Assembly: GCA_965287045.1 (NCBI GenBank)
Contig: OZ336881.1
Location: 52,080,001 to 52,144,000, forward strand
DNA: 64,000 nt
Source: Carcharhinus amblyrhynchos
Lineage: Eukaryota
Direction of reading: 5' to 3'
The first letter of the stretch is position 1. The number at the start of each line of letters is the position of its first letter. Shown piece after piece: positions 12,520 through 25,224 of the stretch. Under the pieces are notes generated by a model that ran no database searches, was not told where the DNA came from, and worked only from the letters and a program-made list of their open reading frames with translations. The translations under genes and the position numbers were made by a program.

Positions 12520-13165
12520 AATATGCTTGTTTTCATTGATCAAAGCATTGAATACAGGAGTTGGAACATCTTGTTGAAGTTGTACAAGAGATTGTTAAGG
12601 CCATACTTGGAATACTGTGTGCAGTTCTGGTCACCCTATTATAGAAAGGATATTATTAAACTGGAAACAGTGCGGAAAAAAATTACTAGGATGCTACCGA
12701 GACTTGATGGTCTGAGTTACAAGGAGAGGCAGGGTAGATTGGGACTTATTCCTCTGGAGCATAGGAGGCTGAGGGGTAATCTTATAGAGATCTATAAAAT
12801 AATGAGGGGCACAGATCAGCTAGATAGTCAATATCTTTTCCCAAAGGTAGGGGAGTCTAAAACTAAAGGACATATCATTAAGGTGAGAGGGGAAAGATCC
12901 AAAAATGTCCAGAGGGACAAATTTTTTTTTTTTTTTTACACACAGTGGGCGGTGACTGTCTGGAACAAGCTGTGAGAAGTAATAATAGAGACAGGAACAA
13001 TTTTGCTTTTAAGAAGCGTTTAGACAGTTACATGGATAAGATGGGTATAGAGGGATATGGGCCAAATGTGGGCAATTGGGATTAGCTTCAATGGTTTAAA
13101 AAAAAGTCGGCATTGTCAAGTTGGGCCGAAGGGCCTGTTTCCATGCTGTAAACCTCTGTGACTCT
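12520..13165 (+). mobile_element. CR1/HER1-type LINE 3' fragment
   Basis: ORF 12523-12975 LYKRLLRPYLEYCVQFWSPYYRKDIIKLE...RRLRGNLIEIYKIM followed by the typical 3' tail. Confidence 0.92.
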
Positions 13166-14320
13166 AAGATAAATTTGCCAAGGATAATGATACTATTGTT
13201 GAGAAAGAAAACAAAATAACGCAGTAGATTTGGATATCTTAAATGTCATCTGTAACAATAGTGGATCTTGACTCTGTTGACCTTAACTGAGCTTTATATC
13301 AGGTAGACTTAGAGATTTCTTCAGGATTCGAGACAAATGTGTGAACAACAATGGAAGCATCAGATACAAGCTCTGCTGGAAGTCTGCACTGTTGAATAGA
13401 ATGATGACAAACTCAAGGTAAATGTTTATGATTCTGATAGACACAAAGCAAATCACTGTGATGAATTTTCTCAAAGTCTCCCTCAGTCTGCTGCCAAAAC
13501 TTTGGCAGAAAGGTGGTGGCGAAATCGCTTTACTCTTCAAAAGGAGAATTTCTGTGACATTTTTTTGAAGCTATATGGGGGGAGTAGAAGATGCTCTGAG
13601 CAAATTCACCTCCGTTATCTTACGAGAGGATTTCATATTTATTTATTTTTTTCTTTGGGCCAATCTTTCTAAAGACTTGTTTGGTCTTTTTGTTGTTCAG
13701 TAGTACACGGTACAATTGTTCACGATATATTGACTTTGGGCAGACCTTGCTTTTCTTTTGTAAAGAATGCTAAAATCGCAAATCTAACACTTCCTGATGA
13801 CAGAGTTTATAAAAACATTGTCTGATACGCCATTAACATATGATTGTGTCTAGGTTTATGCTGAATTACAGGGTCTCATCTAAGGTAGCAGTCAGGTGCC
13901 GCAAGTGGAAAAGGTCCACATCTATTAAGAGAAAAAGTCAGTTCCTATTCCTGATTGCTATCCAGTGATCTCTACTAGAAAATATACATAAGGAGACATT
14001 GGAGGAGTACAGGGTACATGGTTTTAATGTAACATCCTCCCCCCCATGATGGGATAGCTTGCCATCACTTCCTGTCAAGGCTTAAGTTAAAAGGTTAGAC
14101 AAGCAGCTCTTGACATTTCACTCCATCTAAAGTCAGTAAGGTTAAGGGAAGGCAAAAATTGAAGGAAAAAAAAAGCAAGGGTACATCCCAAATCACTACA
14201 GAATAATGAACATTTTGGAATGATCACTTTGGGAAATGAAGTGAAATTCTAGCTGTGCCGAATGCTTTGCGTCTTTATAATTTATGGTTGATAATAACAA
14301 AAGACTGCCAAAAAACTTAC

Positions 14321-14550
14321 CATGAAGGATTCATTGGGCAGGTTAGTTTTCTTCTGAAGTGGAATTAATGGAGGCCTCTCTCGTTTGTATGGTTGTTTAT
14401 TTATTGCCTTTTGTAGGAGGATGGCCAAGAATATAGCCACAAACAGCAACCCAAGAACCGCCATGATTATAATGAACCATAATTCATTGTAGAATGGAGT
14501 ATTTGATTGTAATACTCCTGTTTTCTCCTCAACAACAGGTATTATTGAAC
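14321..14550 (-). CDS. USH2A: Usherin transmembrane exon, orthologue of human exon 70
   Basis: 230 nt, ttttaaag|GTTCAATA...TTCATG|gtaag. Translates GSIIPVVEEKTGVLQSNTPFYNELWFIIIMAVLGLLFVAIFLAILLQKAINKQPYKRERPPLIPLQKK..., with a hydrophobic helix and the conserved RERPPL motif. Confidence 0.96.
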
Positions 14551-15986
14551 CTTTAAAACAAATAAAAGACATGAACACATCCTGAAAATCATTGTAAAAC
14601 TCTTACAGCTGGATTTAATATGCCCTGTCATGGTGAGAATCATGAGGGCCCAGGTAATTGCAGAATGGCCCCACATCAGCCTAATCTCCATTAATTAAGG
14701 CAGAGGCTGAAAGGAACAGACCCGAGATTCTCAGCCACCAACATTGAGATGTCAATTGGACTCAATAGTGAACCAATTGACTCCCAGTGTTCCCCAAACC
14801 ACTGCAATTCAATGGTACTTTAGTACCTCAGGGATGTAACAGGATCCTGTCAGCTATCCTGTGCCCTTGGAGGCTGCCAAACAGGCCTGAAAGAGGAAGG
14901 GGTGGGGCCTCAGTCAAAGGACCCAGCATTAGAAAAGGTGAGGCCTGAGGAAAGCCACTCCCGTGCTCCCAATTCCCACATTCCCTCTCCCATGACCCCC
15001 ATTCTGCCCTCCCTTACCTTTGGTCTGGGGTTCCAGGACTTTCCGTGGGCCTCTGGTGGGTGTATTGCTGCCAGCAGGTACTGGTCCCACTGGTGAAGGC
15101 CTCTGATTGCCTAGCAGCTCTTGGCAGGTGAGACCTCGGCTGTGAGCTCCCCAGTCACAGGGGGAGGTCTAAAGGATACTTGATTCCATCAGGCCACTGA
15201 GCTGATGGGTGTTCCAACTGGTTCTGCAACCAGTGAAAGAAGCAACTGCTGACCCCATAAAATCCAATCCTTGGTTTTTTTTTAAGATCGTGGGTTTAAA
15301 AAGGAGATGCATATATTAGAGCTTTGTCCCTTTCATTCTACTTTTGAGAAATGAGAGCCTTCTTATTGAATTAGATATCTACATGGTAACAATTTTTGTA
15401 ATAGTAATATTTCTTAACTTTTAGGGGCCCTTCAATAATTAATCTGTCACAGATCTCAGCATGGATATTTTTTAATCTTGCATCTAAACATTCCATTTTA
15501 AAGAAATGTTGGTCCGAGTTCTCCCTCACCCCTTTCTTACACGGAATGGCTGAATGAAATCAGAGACACATGAAACCTTTAATCATTAGCCACGCTATCT
15601 ATGCAAAACCTGATGTTTTAATTCCACTTTTAAGCATGCACATGCATGTTTAAATTGTTCCAAAACAGGGGTTGCTAATTATATGGTTTTTACTGAAAAG
15701 ACCGTGGGCAAGATTCCCCAATCTCCCAGTCGTGTGCTTCTGGGTGGCGGAAGGCAGCATGCTGTTCCCTGGCTGCCGCTGTCAATGGGATTTCCCATTG
15801 ATGTAACCCATGCTGCCTCGAAACCGACAGGCAGCACTGGAGAATCCCGTTGGCATGAATGGTCAGAGAGTTCTGGCCTGTAAATTGGAGGATAATTTTT
15901 ACATTATGTGCCACTGGACGTTACATTGCTATGGTGTGTATAGGCTCTCAGCAGACAGTATTAAACCATTGTAAATTATTCTACCT

Positions 15987-16308
15987 ATGGCACAGTGCTC
16001 AGTACTGCTGCCTCACAGCTCCAGGCTCTTGGGTTCGATTCTCAGCTTGGGTCACTGTTTGTGCGGAATTTGCACATTTTGCTTGCATCTGCGTGTGTTT
16101 CCTCTGGGTGCTCCAGTTTCCTCCCACACTTCAAAGGTGTGCGGGTTAGGTTGATTGGCCATGCTAAATTGCCCCTTAGTGGCCCAGGATGCATAGGTTA
16201 GGAGGATTAGCAAGGTAAATATGTGATGGGGATAGGGCCTGGGATTGTGGTCGGTGCAGACTCAATGGGCCGATTGACCTCCTTCTGCACTGTAGGGATT
16301 CTATGACT
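15987..16308 (+). mobile_element. V-SINE/HE1-type SINE
   Basis: Head, V core and tail ccttctgcactgtagggattctatga. Confidence 0.88.
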
Positions 16309-16339
16309 GATTTTATTAGATTCACTACTAGATTCATGA

Positions 16340-16922
16340 CAAGATGCAGCTCCAACAAAACTCAAGAAACTTGCCATGTTCCACGACAAAGCAGCCTACT
16401 TAATTGGCACCCCTTCTATACACATTCATTCCCTTCAACACCGACAAACAGTGGCAACTGTGTGTATCATCTACAAGACGCACTGTAGGAGATCACCAAG
16501 GCTCCTTAGGCAGCACTTTCCAGACCCACAACTGCTACCATCTAGAAGTTGGAAAAGAGCAACAGACACTTGGGAACAACATTACCTGGAAGTTCCCCTC
16601 CAAGTCAAATTGGAATTAGCTTACAGGTTTAAAAAGAAGGGTGGTGTGGACAAGTTGGGCCAAAGGGCCTGTTTCCATGCTGTAAACCTCTATGACTCTA
16701 AATCACTCACTATCATGAGTAGGAAATATATTGCCATTTCTTCACTGTCGCTGGATCAAAATCCTGGAGCTCCCTCCCTAACAGCACTGTGGGAGTATCT
16801 ACACCTCATGGACTGCAGTGGTTTAAGAAGGCAGCTCACCACCAACTTCTCAAGGGTAATTAGTGATGGACAATAAATGCTGGCCAGCCGGTGACACCCT
16901 CATGCCATATAAATGAAAAAAA
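16340..16922 (+). mobile_element. RTEX-like LINE 3' fragment containing a ~95-bp CR1 tail insertion (16607-16699)
   Basis: Collinear with the 1868-2420 and 6015-6755 copies except for the CR1 tail between aagtc and aaatc. Confidence 0.82.
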
Positions 16923-17106
16923 CTACAGATTGCGGGAATAATTGGCATTTACTAGTATATTGTTTATGTATGTGGCTTTATTACTTTTCTTTGTTCAGCC
17001 TACATTACTTCAGCTAATTACAAAAAAAAATCTCCACTAATTAGACTATTAAAAAAAACAGTTGAGTGCAGTTGATTTAAACAAAGCAAATGTGGAACAT
17101 ACTTAC

Positions 17107-17190
17107 CAACATCTGTTGCTGTGCTATATTTGATGATAGGGGTACTAGCACTTCCCATATCTGTTACACAGATAACTTGGAATAGAAAAG
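17107..17190 (-). CDS. USH2A: Usherin coding exon, orthologue of human exon 69
   Basis: 84 nt, cttgttgtag|CTTTTCTA...GATGTTG|gtaagt. Hand translation (T)FLFQVICVTDMGSASTPIIKYSTATDV, similar to human TFFFQVICTTDEGSVKTPLIQY (from memory). Confidence 0.94.
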
Positions 17191-18904
17191 CTACAACAAG
17201 GAACAGAACATAATTACAATTCCAGTGAAGCTCAATGTTTTACACATAGTTTTGGCAGACTCAACTGCAGAGAAAAATAACTTCCTTCATGCTGTTACAT
17301 AATAAATAGGAAGGTGTGGGTGTATGGCTACAGGAAGTGAGGCAGTTGTGCTGAAAGGTGACTTTTACCTGAGGCACAACAGAGTATTCAGGCAGGTGAT
17401 TAATAAATATATACTGTGATACACACTGCCACACATACCTTTTACCTCTAAATATAAAATTCCGCACATGAGGATAATTTTCCACCCCCATTTTTGGTGG
17501 CCGGGGAATCCTTTTCGTTTCCAGACGAGGGTGCAATCTTTCAGGGGCCATGATTGCTGGTGGGGTGAGCTCTGAAGAAGCCCACTCTGCCAGCGTGACT
17601 TAATGGACCCCGCCTCTAGGCTTCCTTTTGACTATTTGTCCAAAAGTATGGTGGAAAAAGACGGCAAAGCAGCCAGCGGGCTACACACCTCTTTTCACAT
17701 CTGGACTGACACGGTCAAAAGACGAGAAAATTCCACCCTAAGTTTCTTACAAATTATTGAAATATGAAAAATGAATGAGCCTTTAAATAGACTTCAACCT
17801 TGATAAAGGTTGCAGCAGAACAACCCGGAACATTTACCAATAAACATATAATGGAGGCAAAGGTCAAACCAATGTTCTCTTGCTTCCAATGAAAAATGAC
17901 ATCCATGCTATTAAATGACACATTGAGGTAAAATTCAGCCTCAGCATGGTCTCCCAGAGCAGGTTGTATCAGGTTAGCTGCTTAACTTTCCTTTCCATTC
18001 AAGTCAATTTCCAATCTTCAGTGTGTCAGGGAAGCAACAAGAAGCATTGGAATTCTTGACCAAATTGTTTATAAGTTAGCCAGATAATTTATAGGAAAGG
18101 GAAGGCATGGCAAGGAGAGTGACTATAAAGTGGTTCACGGTACCTAACGGTTAAAATTACCCAAGGAGCCATTTACACATAAAGGCTAAGATGTAAATAG
18201 GTTGACCAAAGTTGACTTCACAGGGGGCTTGGGCCAACTGCTGCAAAGGCACAATGGGGAAAGGTGCTGTCTAAGACCTTACAGCCATAGTGAACAGGGG
18301 ACTGGGAATTGTATAAACCCCACTGGGCTGTATGACTCACATTGAATGAATGCATAGAATATCACGTGAATCACAACTCTATTGAAGCACCTCTGCAACT
18401 TGATCAGTGTAGAAAGCTTAAATATCATTGCATTTTTTGCAATGACCATTTTGAAACATTTTGTATTGTTCCTTTGATTGCATTGAAGCACCTCAGAGCA
18501 CAACATAATTGAGGCAGAAAACTTGAATATTATTGCACCAAAACATTCTTTCAATAATATAGCAACAGGATTGCAATTCGTGAAATGCAAGAAGAAAAAT
18601 ATTTATCTTCATGCTCCTCTAGTTTCACCCAAGGATTGGTGCCAGTATGTGCACCCCCTCTCCCCCACCCAACACACTCATGAACTATTAGAGCGATTGC
18701 CAGCAAGGCTGCCAGGCCAAATTAGGCCCATGGTGACTGGTAAGATGCTCTGTAAACTCAGAAGCCTTTCAATAATGTATGGCCCTGAAGGTTGTTTTAT
18801 AGCAGTATGAATGGAAGTTCCTTCTTGAATGATAACCACAGACTAGCATCAACTGATTGAACTGTGAAGAAGACAAATCAGAGCTGGTTTTTTTTTGAAC
18901 TAAC

Positions 18905-19081
18905 TTTTATCAGATGTCCTCGGAATGTGCAATCTGCTGTCGAAGCCACTGTAAATGCGCAAGTTGTTCTCTGTCAGTATGTACTCCTTCAGCTCTCCAT
19001 TCAGCTGGAATGTTTGACTCCAGTCCACATAAATTGTTGTCAAGTTGCTGGTTACACTGAATGGTGCTTTGTACTGGGGCA
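18905..19081 (-). CDS. USH2A: Usherin coding exon, orthologue of human exon 68
   Basis: 177 nt, gctccccag|TGCCCCAG...GATAAAA|gttag. Translates (M)PQYKAPFSVTSNLTTIYVDWSQTFQLNGELKEYILTENNLRIYSGFDSRLHIPRTSDK. Confidence 0.96.
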
Positions 19082-19979
19082 CTGGGGAGCAAAGCAGGTT
19101 ACATTGCTGAAAGCAGTAACTAGATTATCTTTAAATTCCTTCTGATTAGTTAAACTTGAGAGGTTCATAATTCTAATTGTTTTTTTCTAAATTGCCCTTT
19201 TCCATTTAAGAATGTGAATTGAAAAACATACAGCAAGGTCTTTTTATATCTATTAGAGGTACACAATAAAGTGGTATGCCTTCTAAATAAGAGAGGTATA
19301 ATTAAGTGAGGTGCGTGAGTATCTATAAAAGATGTGCAGTCTACATCAACTGCTATGATGGTTATAACATGAAGCCAGTAAATAATATGGATAGAGAGAA
19401 GTTATGAGTAAGGGTTATCAATTGGATATAACCCATAATGGGTGCAGGGATCGTGACACACTTAGGCTTTGTCTAATGGAAGTGATGCAGTTTGCACATC
19501 AACCTCATCCTGCCAACTCAACTCCATTATTGCAGTGCACAGCCTACCTACTTCCGACTGGCTGCAAGTTTAACAGGGGGCCCAGGTGCATGTGAAGCTA
19601 GCATTAGTTAAAGTTTGCCTGTACTTCTTGAATTCACCCTGCAATTTTTAAAGGGGAGATCAATTTAGACTACAGCAGCTGTTTAAATTATTTCTGCAAT
19701 GTTTTGCACAAGGGAGAGGACCAATAGAGCAACAGACAATAGAGAGGGTTTCCAGGTTCTCTGATGCAGTGATGCAGGTCTGACTCCAGAAAGAGAAATG
19801 TCATTATTTGACATGGGGGTCACAAGGCTGTCCAGGTATTCACTATGAAAAGGATGGGAGCACATAGCCACAAAGGTCATGTGGCAATTCTGGCTCCAAA
19901 GATCTGGCTGCAGTGCTGCAGAGCCGCAGAAACTTCAATTAGCTCACGAGTGGTCAAAATTAGCAAATGTATCTTTAAT

Positions 19980-20285
19980 GGGTGGCACTGTGGCACAGTG
20001 GCTAGCACTGCTGCCTCACAGTGCCAGGAACCTGGGTTTGATTCCTGCTTTGGGTCACTGTCTCTGCGGAACCTGCATGTTCTCCTCGTGTCTGCATGGG
20101 AGTCCTCTGGGTGCTCCGTTTTCCTCCCACAGTCCAAAAGATGTGCTGGTTAGGTGCATTGGCCATGCTAAACTCTCTCTGTGTACCCTTACAGGTGCTG
20201 GAGTGTGGCAACTAGGGAATTTTCACAGTAACTTCTTGGCAGAGTTAATGTAAGCCTACTTGTGACAATAATAAATAAACTTTAA
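19980..20285 (+). mobile_element. V-SINE, second tail type, full length
   Basis: Head gggtggcactgtggcacagtggctagcactgctgcc; tail gcctacttgtgacaataataaataaacttt. Confidence 0.9.
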
Positions 20286-21002
20286 GCCTTACACTTTCTT
20301 AAAATTAAAAAAAATACATCCGTGTGGCTAATTTCTAAACTTCTTGAAACTGGATGATGACCTTTTAAAATGAAGCATGTGTGGCTACAACCTTCGAACA
20401 ATAGATGCTAATCTGGCTGTATCAGGAAATTTGCACCTCACTATCTCTGAAGAGATACTAATGACCCCTGTGGGCTGCAGACACCAAATCCAAAGGGAAC
20501 CTTTGCATTTCAGGAAGCAGGCTGGCCAACTGGCAACTACTAATCTGCTAGGACAAAGCACACTGCAGCCCTCTAACAAATTCTTAATGGCTGGAAAATT
20601 ATCCGCCTCTGCAACCCAAACAGAGGGATATATCATAACATTCAAGGGTATGGGACAAGTACAAGAAAACGGAATAAGTGCACCTTAAGTGGTAGTTATT
20701 GTCAGTGCAGACTGGATGGGCTGAAGGGCCTTTTCGGCGCTGTATGACTCTATGACTTACCCAAGCTGAAGTGGAGAGATGGGAGCCTTGTGATATGGTC
20801 CCTTAGCTGGTGGAACCTGTAATATTTCCTTGTGTAGCTGCAAAGATCAGCCGTCCATGTTTCCATCTACCAAGCAAGAGCACAGAAAAGGGACTCTGAC
20901 CAGGTTTGAATGCCTGGTCTCGTTTACACTTATTCCACAAGTTCTCCTGTACCATCACCTACAAGACTGTCTCATCTCTACGTGCCTATTTCCAGCAGCA
21001 CA

Positions 21003-22285
21003 TTGGCACAGTGGTCAGCACTACTGCCTCACAGCACCAGGGACCTGGGTTCGATTCCCAGCTTGGGTCACTGTCTGTGCGGAGTCTGCACATTCTCCCT
21101 GTGTCTGCATGGGTTTCCTCTGGATACTCTGGTTTCCTCTCACAGTCCAAAAGATGTGCTCGTTAGGTGTATTGGCCATGCTAAGTTCTCCCTTACAAGT
21201 GGTGTGCCTCAGGGATCTGTGTTGGGGCCACTGCTGTTTGTGATTTTTATTAATGATCTGGATGAGGGTATAGTTGGGTGGATCAGTAAATTTGCTGATG
21301 ACACCAAAGTCGGAGGTGTGGTAGATAGTGAGGAAGGGTGTCATAGTTTGCAGGAAGACTTAGACAGGTTGCAGAGCTGGGCCGAGAGGTGGCGGATGGA
21401 GTTTAATGCAGAGAAATGTGAGGTAATTCACTTTGGTAGGAATAACAGATGTGTTGAGTATAGGGCTAACGGGAAGACTTTGAATAGTGTGGAGGAGCAG
21501 AGGGATCTAGGTGTATGTGTACATAGATCCCTGAAAATTGGGAATCAAGTAGATAAGGTTGTTAAGAAGGCATACAGTGTCTTGGCGTTTATTGGTAGGG
21601 GGATTGAATTTAGGAGTCGTAGCGTTATGTTGCAACTGTACACAACTCTGGTGCGGCCGCACTTGGAGTATTGTGTGCAGTTCTGGTCCCCACATTACAG
21701 GAAGGATGTGGAGGCTTTGGAGAGGGTGCAGAGGAGGTTTACCAGGATGTTGCCTGGTATGGAGGGGAGATCCTATGAGGAGAGGCTGAGGGATTTGGGG
21801 TTGTTTTCGCTGGAAAGAAGGCGGCTAAGAGGGGATCTGATTGAAACATATAAGATGATTAGAGGTTTAGATAGGGTGGATAGTGATAGCCTTTTTCCTC
21901 TGATGGAAAAATCTAGCACGAGGGGGCATGGCTTTAAACTAAGGGGGGGTAGTTATAGGACAGATGTCAGGGGTAGGTTCTTTACCCAGAGGGTGGTGAG
22001 GGATTGGAATGCCCTGCCTGCTGCAGTTGTAAATGCGCCTAGTCTGGGGGCGTTTAAGAGGTCTGTAGATAGGTTTATGGACGAAAAGGGATTGTTTTAG
22101 GTTAGTGGGTCATTGTTGTTGTTTTTTTTTTAACTGGTCGGCGCAACATCGTGGGCCGAAGGGCCTGTTCTGCGCTGTAATGTTCTATGTTCTTACTGTA
22201 CCTGAACAGGTGCTGGTGTGAGGCGACTAGGGGACTTTCACAGTAACTTCATTGCAATGTTAATGTAAGCTTACTTGTGACACTG
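21003..22285 (+). mobile_element. V-SINE (second tail type) split by a CR1 insertion
   Basis: Head and core at 21003-21196; the tail resumes at 22192 (cttactgtacctgaacagg...). Confidence 0.88.
21197..22191 (+). mobile_element. Young 5'-truncated CR1 LINE with an uninterrupted RT C-terminal frame
   Basis: SGVPQGSVLGPLLFVIFINDL...KFADDTK...RPHLEYCVQFWSP, open to the stop at 22100; tail tgttctatgtt; CTTAC duplicated at 21192-21196 and 22192-22196. Confidence 0.95.
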
Positions 22286-23317
22286 ATTAATAAACCTTTA
22301 AAAAAAAGTGAATCATCCAGCATCAGCTCAGCTAGCTGACGTCTGTAAAGGAATACACACAGTATTGGACTTCGATTTTGGACTCTGGACTCATGTGAAA
22401 ATGTTTTTTCTCTGTGGTCTTTTCCTTGTAAATCTTTCTTTCTCTGTCCCCTTTTACAGTATGAATGCCCAGAGAGCTACACAACGATTCCCCCCTCAGC
22501 TAGCATCTTGAGTGTGCGCAAATAATCTAACAGGAAAACACTCTGGTTTCCCCACCGCCATAAGCACTTACAGCCATTTCAGTTGAATTGCAACTATATG
22601 CCAACAGTTACAAAGTCTTTATGCCACTTGCCTCTGAAACAATTTTTGTCTTACTTCTATTTAAAAAATAATTTTTAATATGAGATAAAATATTCTCCAT
22701 GAACATTCTGGGATGCTGTTTCAGGGACAATTACAGTAGTTGTTTTGAGAGCGTCTCTCAGCCCCTTGGAACGTGGTGGAGCTTCTGCCTGCCCCAAACC
22801 ACAGAGCCCCTGACACTTGATCAGTGCACACGACCAAGGTCATTACCGCCATTTCTCTGGGCAATGTAGCTGGTACTTCCGACTCTGCTCGGTGACATGC
22901 TTCAGGTGGGATTAGCTACAGTACAATGTGGCCGGCAACCCTGGCTGAAAAGAAAATACTTTAAATATTTACAAAAAAGAAGAAATTCAATCTAGCACTT
23001 TGCCTGGTGAGTGTATCACTCTGCGATTAAATATTAATCACCGTACCTATTCAGGTTAAACCACCAATTCACTGCTTCAACATCTCTCAACACTAGGAAC
23101 ACACGAAAGTTCAGAGAACCAGCTGTGCTTTGGGGTGAATGAGGATAATATTCATTGTGTGATAATAATAAACTGTCCGTGTTTGAAGAAACTTCCAGTG
23201 GGAAATGTGCAAGTGGCATTATGTGGCAAGTAGCCAGAGGAACAGATTCATGTATAATTTCCCCCATTCAGCTACTGCAGTTACATTGGGGTGCAGAGAA
23301 ATATCCACCATATATAG

Positions 23318-23465
23318 TAAGAACAAGGAAAATTACAGCAATGGAACAGGCCCTTTGGCCGTCCAAGCCTGCACCGACCATACTGCCCGTCTGAACTAAA
23401 ATCCCCTATCTTTCCGGGGACCGTATCTCTCTATTCCCATGTATTTGTCAAGATGCCTCTTAAAA
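23318..23465 (-). mobile_element. CR1 3' tail fragment
   Basis: aagaacaaggaaaattacagcaatggaacaggccctttggcc is the reverse of a CR1 tail. Confidence 0.7.
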
Positions 23466-24194
23466 TTCCCTGTGCTACAAAATATAATTTCATTCATTTA
23501 TTGAAACGTCAGACACAAATAATCACATTTTTTTGGAAAGGGAGTACCTATAAAGGACAGAAATCTACATTTCCCTAGGTGCACCAGCATTTAAACTAGG
23601 CCCTGGTTGCCAATCCAAGAAATTAGTTCAATTTTATCTGAAAACCTTACATATGCCCCTTTAAGAGTGTTTTCAAGAGATCGACATTTAAAAAAGAAAG
23701 CAAAATCTGATGTGACACCAGCATCCTTTTGTTAGATTAAACTAGTCATTCATGTAGACAGGTCTCAGGCAGTATAACAAGCTACAGATGGTTTGATAGA
23801 GAGAAGGCTTTGAGTGCTAGCTGGAGCACAAGATTTGATATTTTTGGCTTTATTGGAATAAAATGTAACTGAATCAGCAAAATTTAGAACTGTGGCCTCA
23901 TCCTTAATAGAAGGCATAGCACAATTCTCATTTGAACCCAATCTATATCAAAAGTCAGTTCAACATCATTATATGTCAATCATCAAGTACAAATTTCCAA
24001 ACTTTCACAATAAAATTCTGATATATGTGCATCGGCAATATAAGAAAATGTGCACTCATCCTGTTGCAACATGTATTATTTATAAACTGCTTGATATGTG
24101 TATCACTATCACATCTATGGGGGGGGGGGGGGGGGGTGGGGATCAAGTGTAACAGAACATTATTATTCCACTTGACCAGTCGAATTATACTTAC

Positions 24195-24412
24195 TCTCTT
24201 TCAGTGTAGTAATGGCAATCCACTCGGAGGCTGTGCTGCCCACTGAGTTGTAGCTTATTATTTTAAGGTTATAACTTGTGTAAGGCTGGAGGTCTGTCAA
24301 GTTGAAGCTCTGGCCTTTTCCGGTGTATACAACTTTAATGGGTTCAGCAATACAAGACTGCGCTATTGGTTGCATTGGCTGAGGACAGGCGATGAGCATC
24401 TGGAGCTCATAG
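24195..24412 (-). CDS. USH2A: Usherin coding exon, orthologue of human exon 67 (FN3)
   Basis: 218 nt, gtttctag|CTATGAG...AAAGAGA|gtaag. Translates YELQMLIACPQPMQPIAQSCIAEPIKVVYTGKGQSFNLTDLQPYTSYNLKIISYNSVGSTASEWIAITTLKE; phases match both neighbours. Confidence 0.95.
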
Positions 24413-24985
24413 CTAGAAACAGAAAGGAGTTCAATAAACTGAAATGAAATTCAGAGACTTCGAGATATCGACATAGTGAAGTTGTCCTAAATATTGTAGC
24501 TTAAGAAAACATGTAAAGCAAGGTAAAAATTCAAATTCGATCTTTCGCAATATTAGTAGATGAATATTTAATACCTTCTATGTTATTCATTGGATGGAAT
24601 TGATCTATTTAATTAAATATTGGACTGAGGAACGCCATACAGATGGCTTAATCTATTATGTCTGAATAAAAAGTATATTCTGGGCTGCAACTCAAGTGTA
24701 AGATTACAGTTATATTTTCTCTCTGTGTGTATCACCATGAGGATATTTTTGGGGAGATGGTGGAGGGGGAGGGGAAATCATATAAACTATAGAGTTGCAA
24801 GCTTCTTTTCCTCAGTGTGTTACATCCAAGAAATTTTTAAATAATTCAAACTCTTCTCAAATGGTGAGTTTAAATCATCCAGTGTTGTCACGTAAGAAAT
24901 TTGAAGTTACATTCAGATTATGTTAGGTGCAGCCCAGTGAGCACTGTTTCCTAAATATCTTTAACGCAGTTGGTGTAATTCTTAC

Positions 24986-25224
24986 CTTTGAATGATACCA
25001 TTAGGTGACTGTGGAGAGCTCCATTGCAAATTAGCACTCATTGATTTTACACTCTGAGCCAGCGGAGGAGGCTGATTGGCAGGAGCTGATGAGCGAGTAA
25101 CAAGCCTTGCCACAGGTCCTTTGCTGCAACACTTAAAACAAGTGCATGCCTCTACGCCAATGGAATAGTTAGTAAAGGGCTCTAGACCATGAATGGTTTG
25201 CTGTGTTAATGTTCCTTCAGAGAG
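24986..25224 (-). CDS. USH2A: Usherin coding exon, orthologue of human exon 66 (FN3)
   Basis: 239 nt, gctgacag|CTCTCTGAA...ATTCAAAG|gtaag; absent from the ORF track, translated by hand: LSEGTLTQQTIHGLEPFTNYSIGVEACTCFKCCSKGPVARLVTRSSAPANQPPPLAQSVKSMSANLQWSSPQSPNGIIQ. Confidence 0.96.

Noticed and set aside
16376-16876. 166-aa ORF
   Set aside because: Composed of an RTEX-like LINE 3' region plus a nested CR1 tail.
20910-22100. Longest ORF (396 aa) as a novel protein-coding gene
   Set aside because: It is a chance in-frame read-through from flanking DNA and a SINE head into a 5'-truncated CR1 RT. It lacks the endonuclease and N-terminal RT motifs, and the track start is a non-ATG codon.
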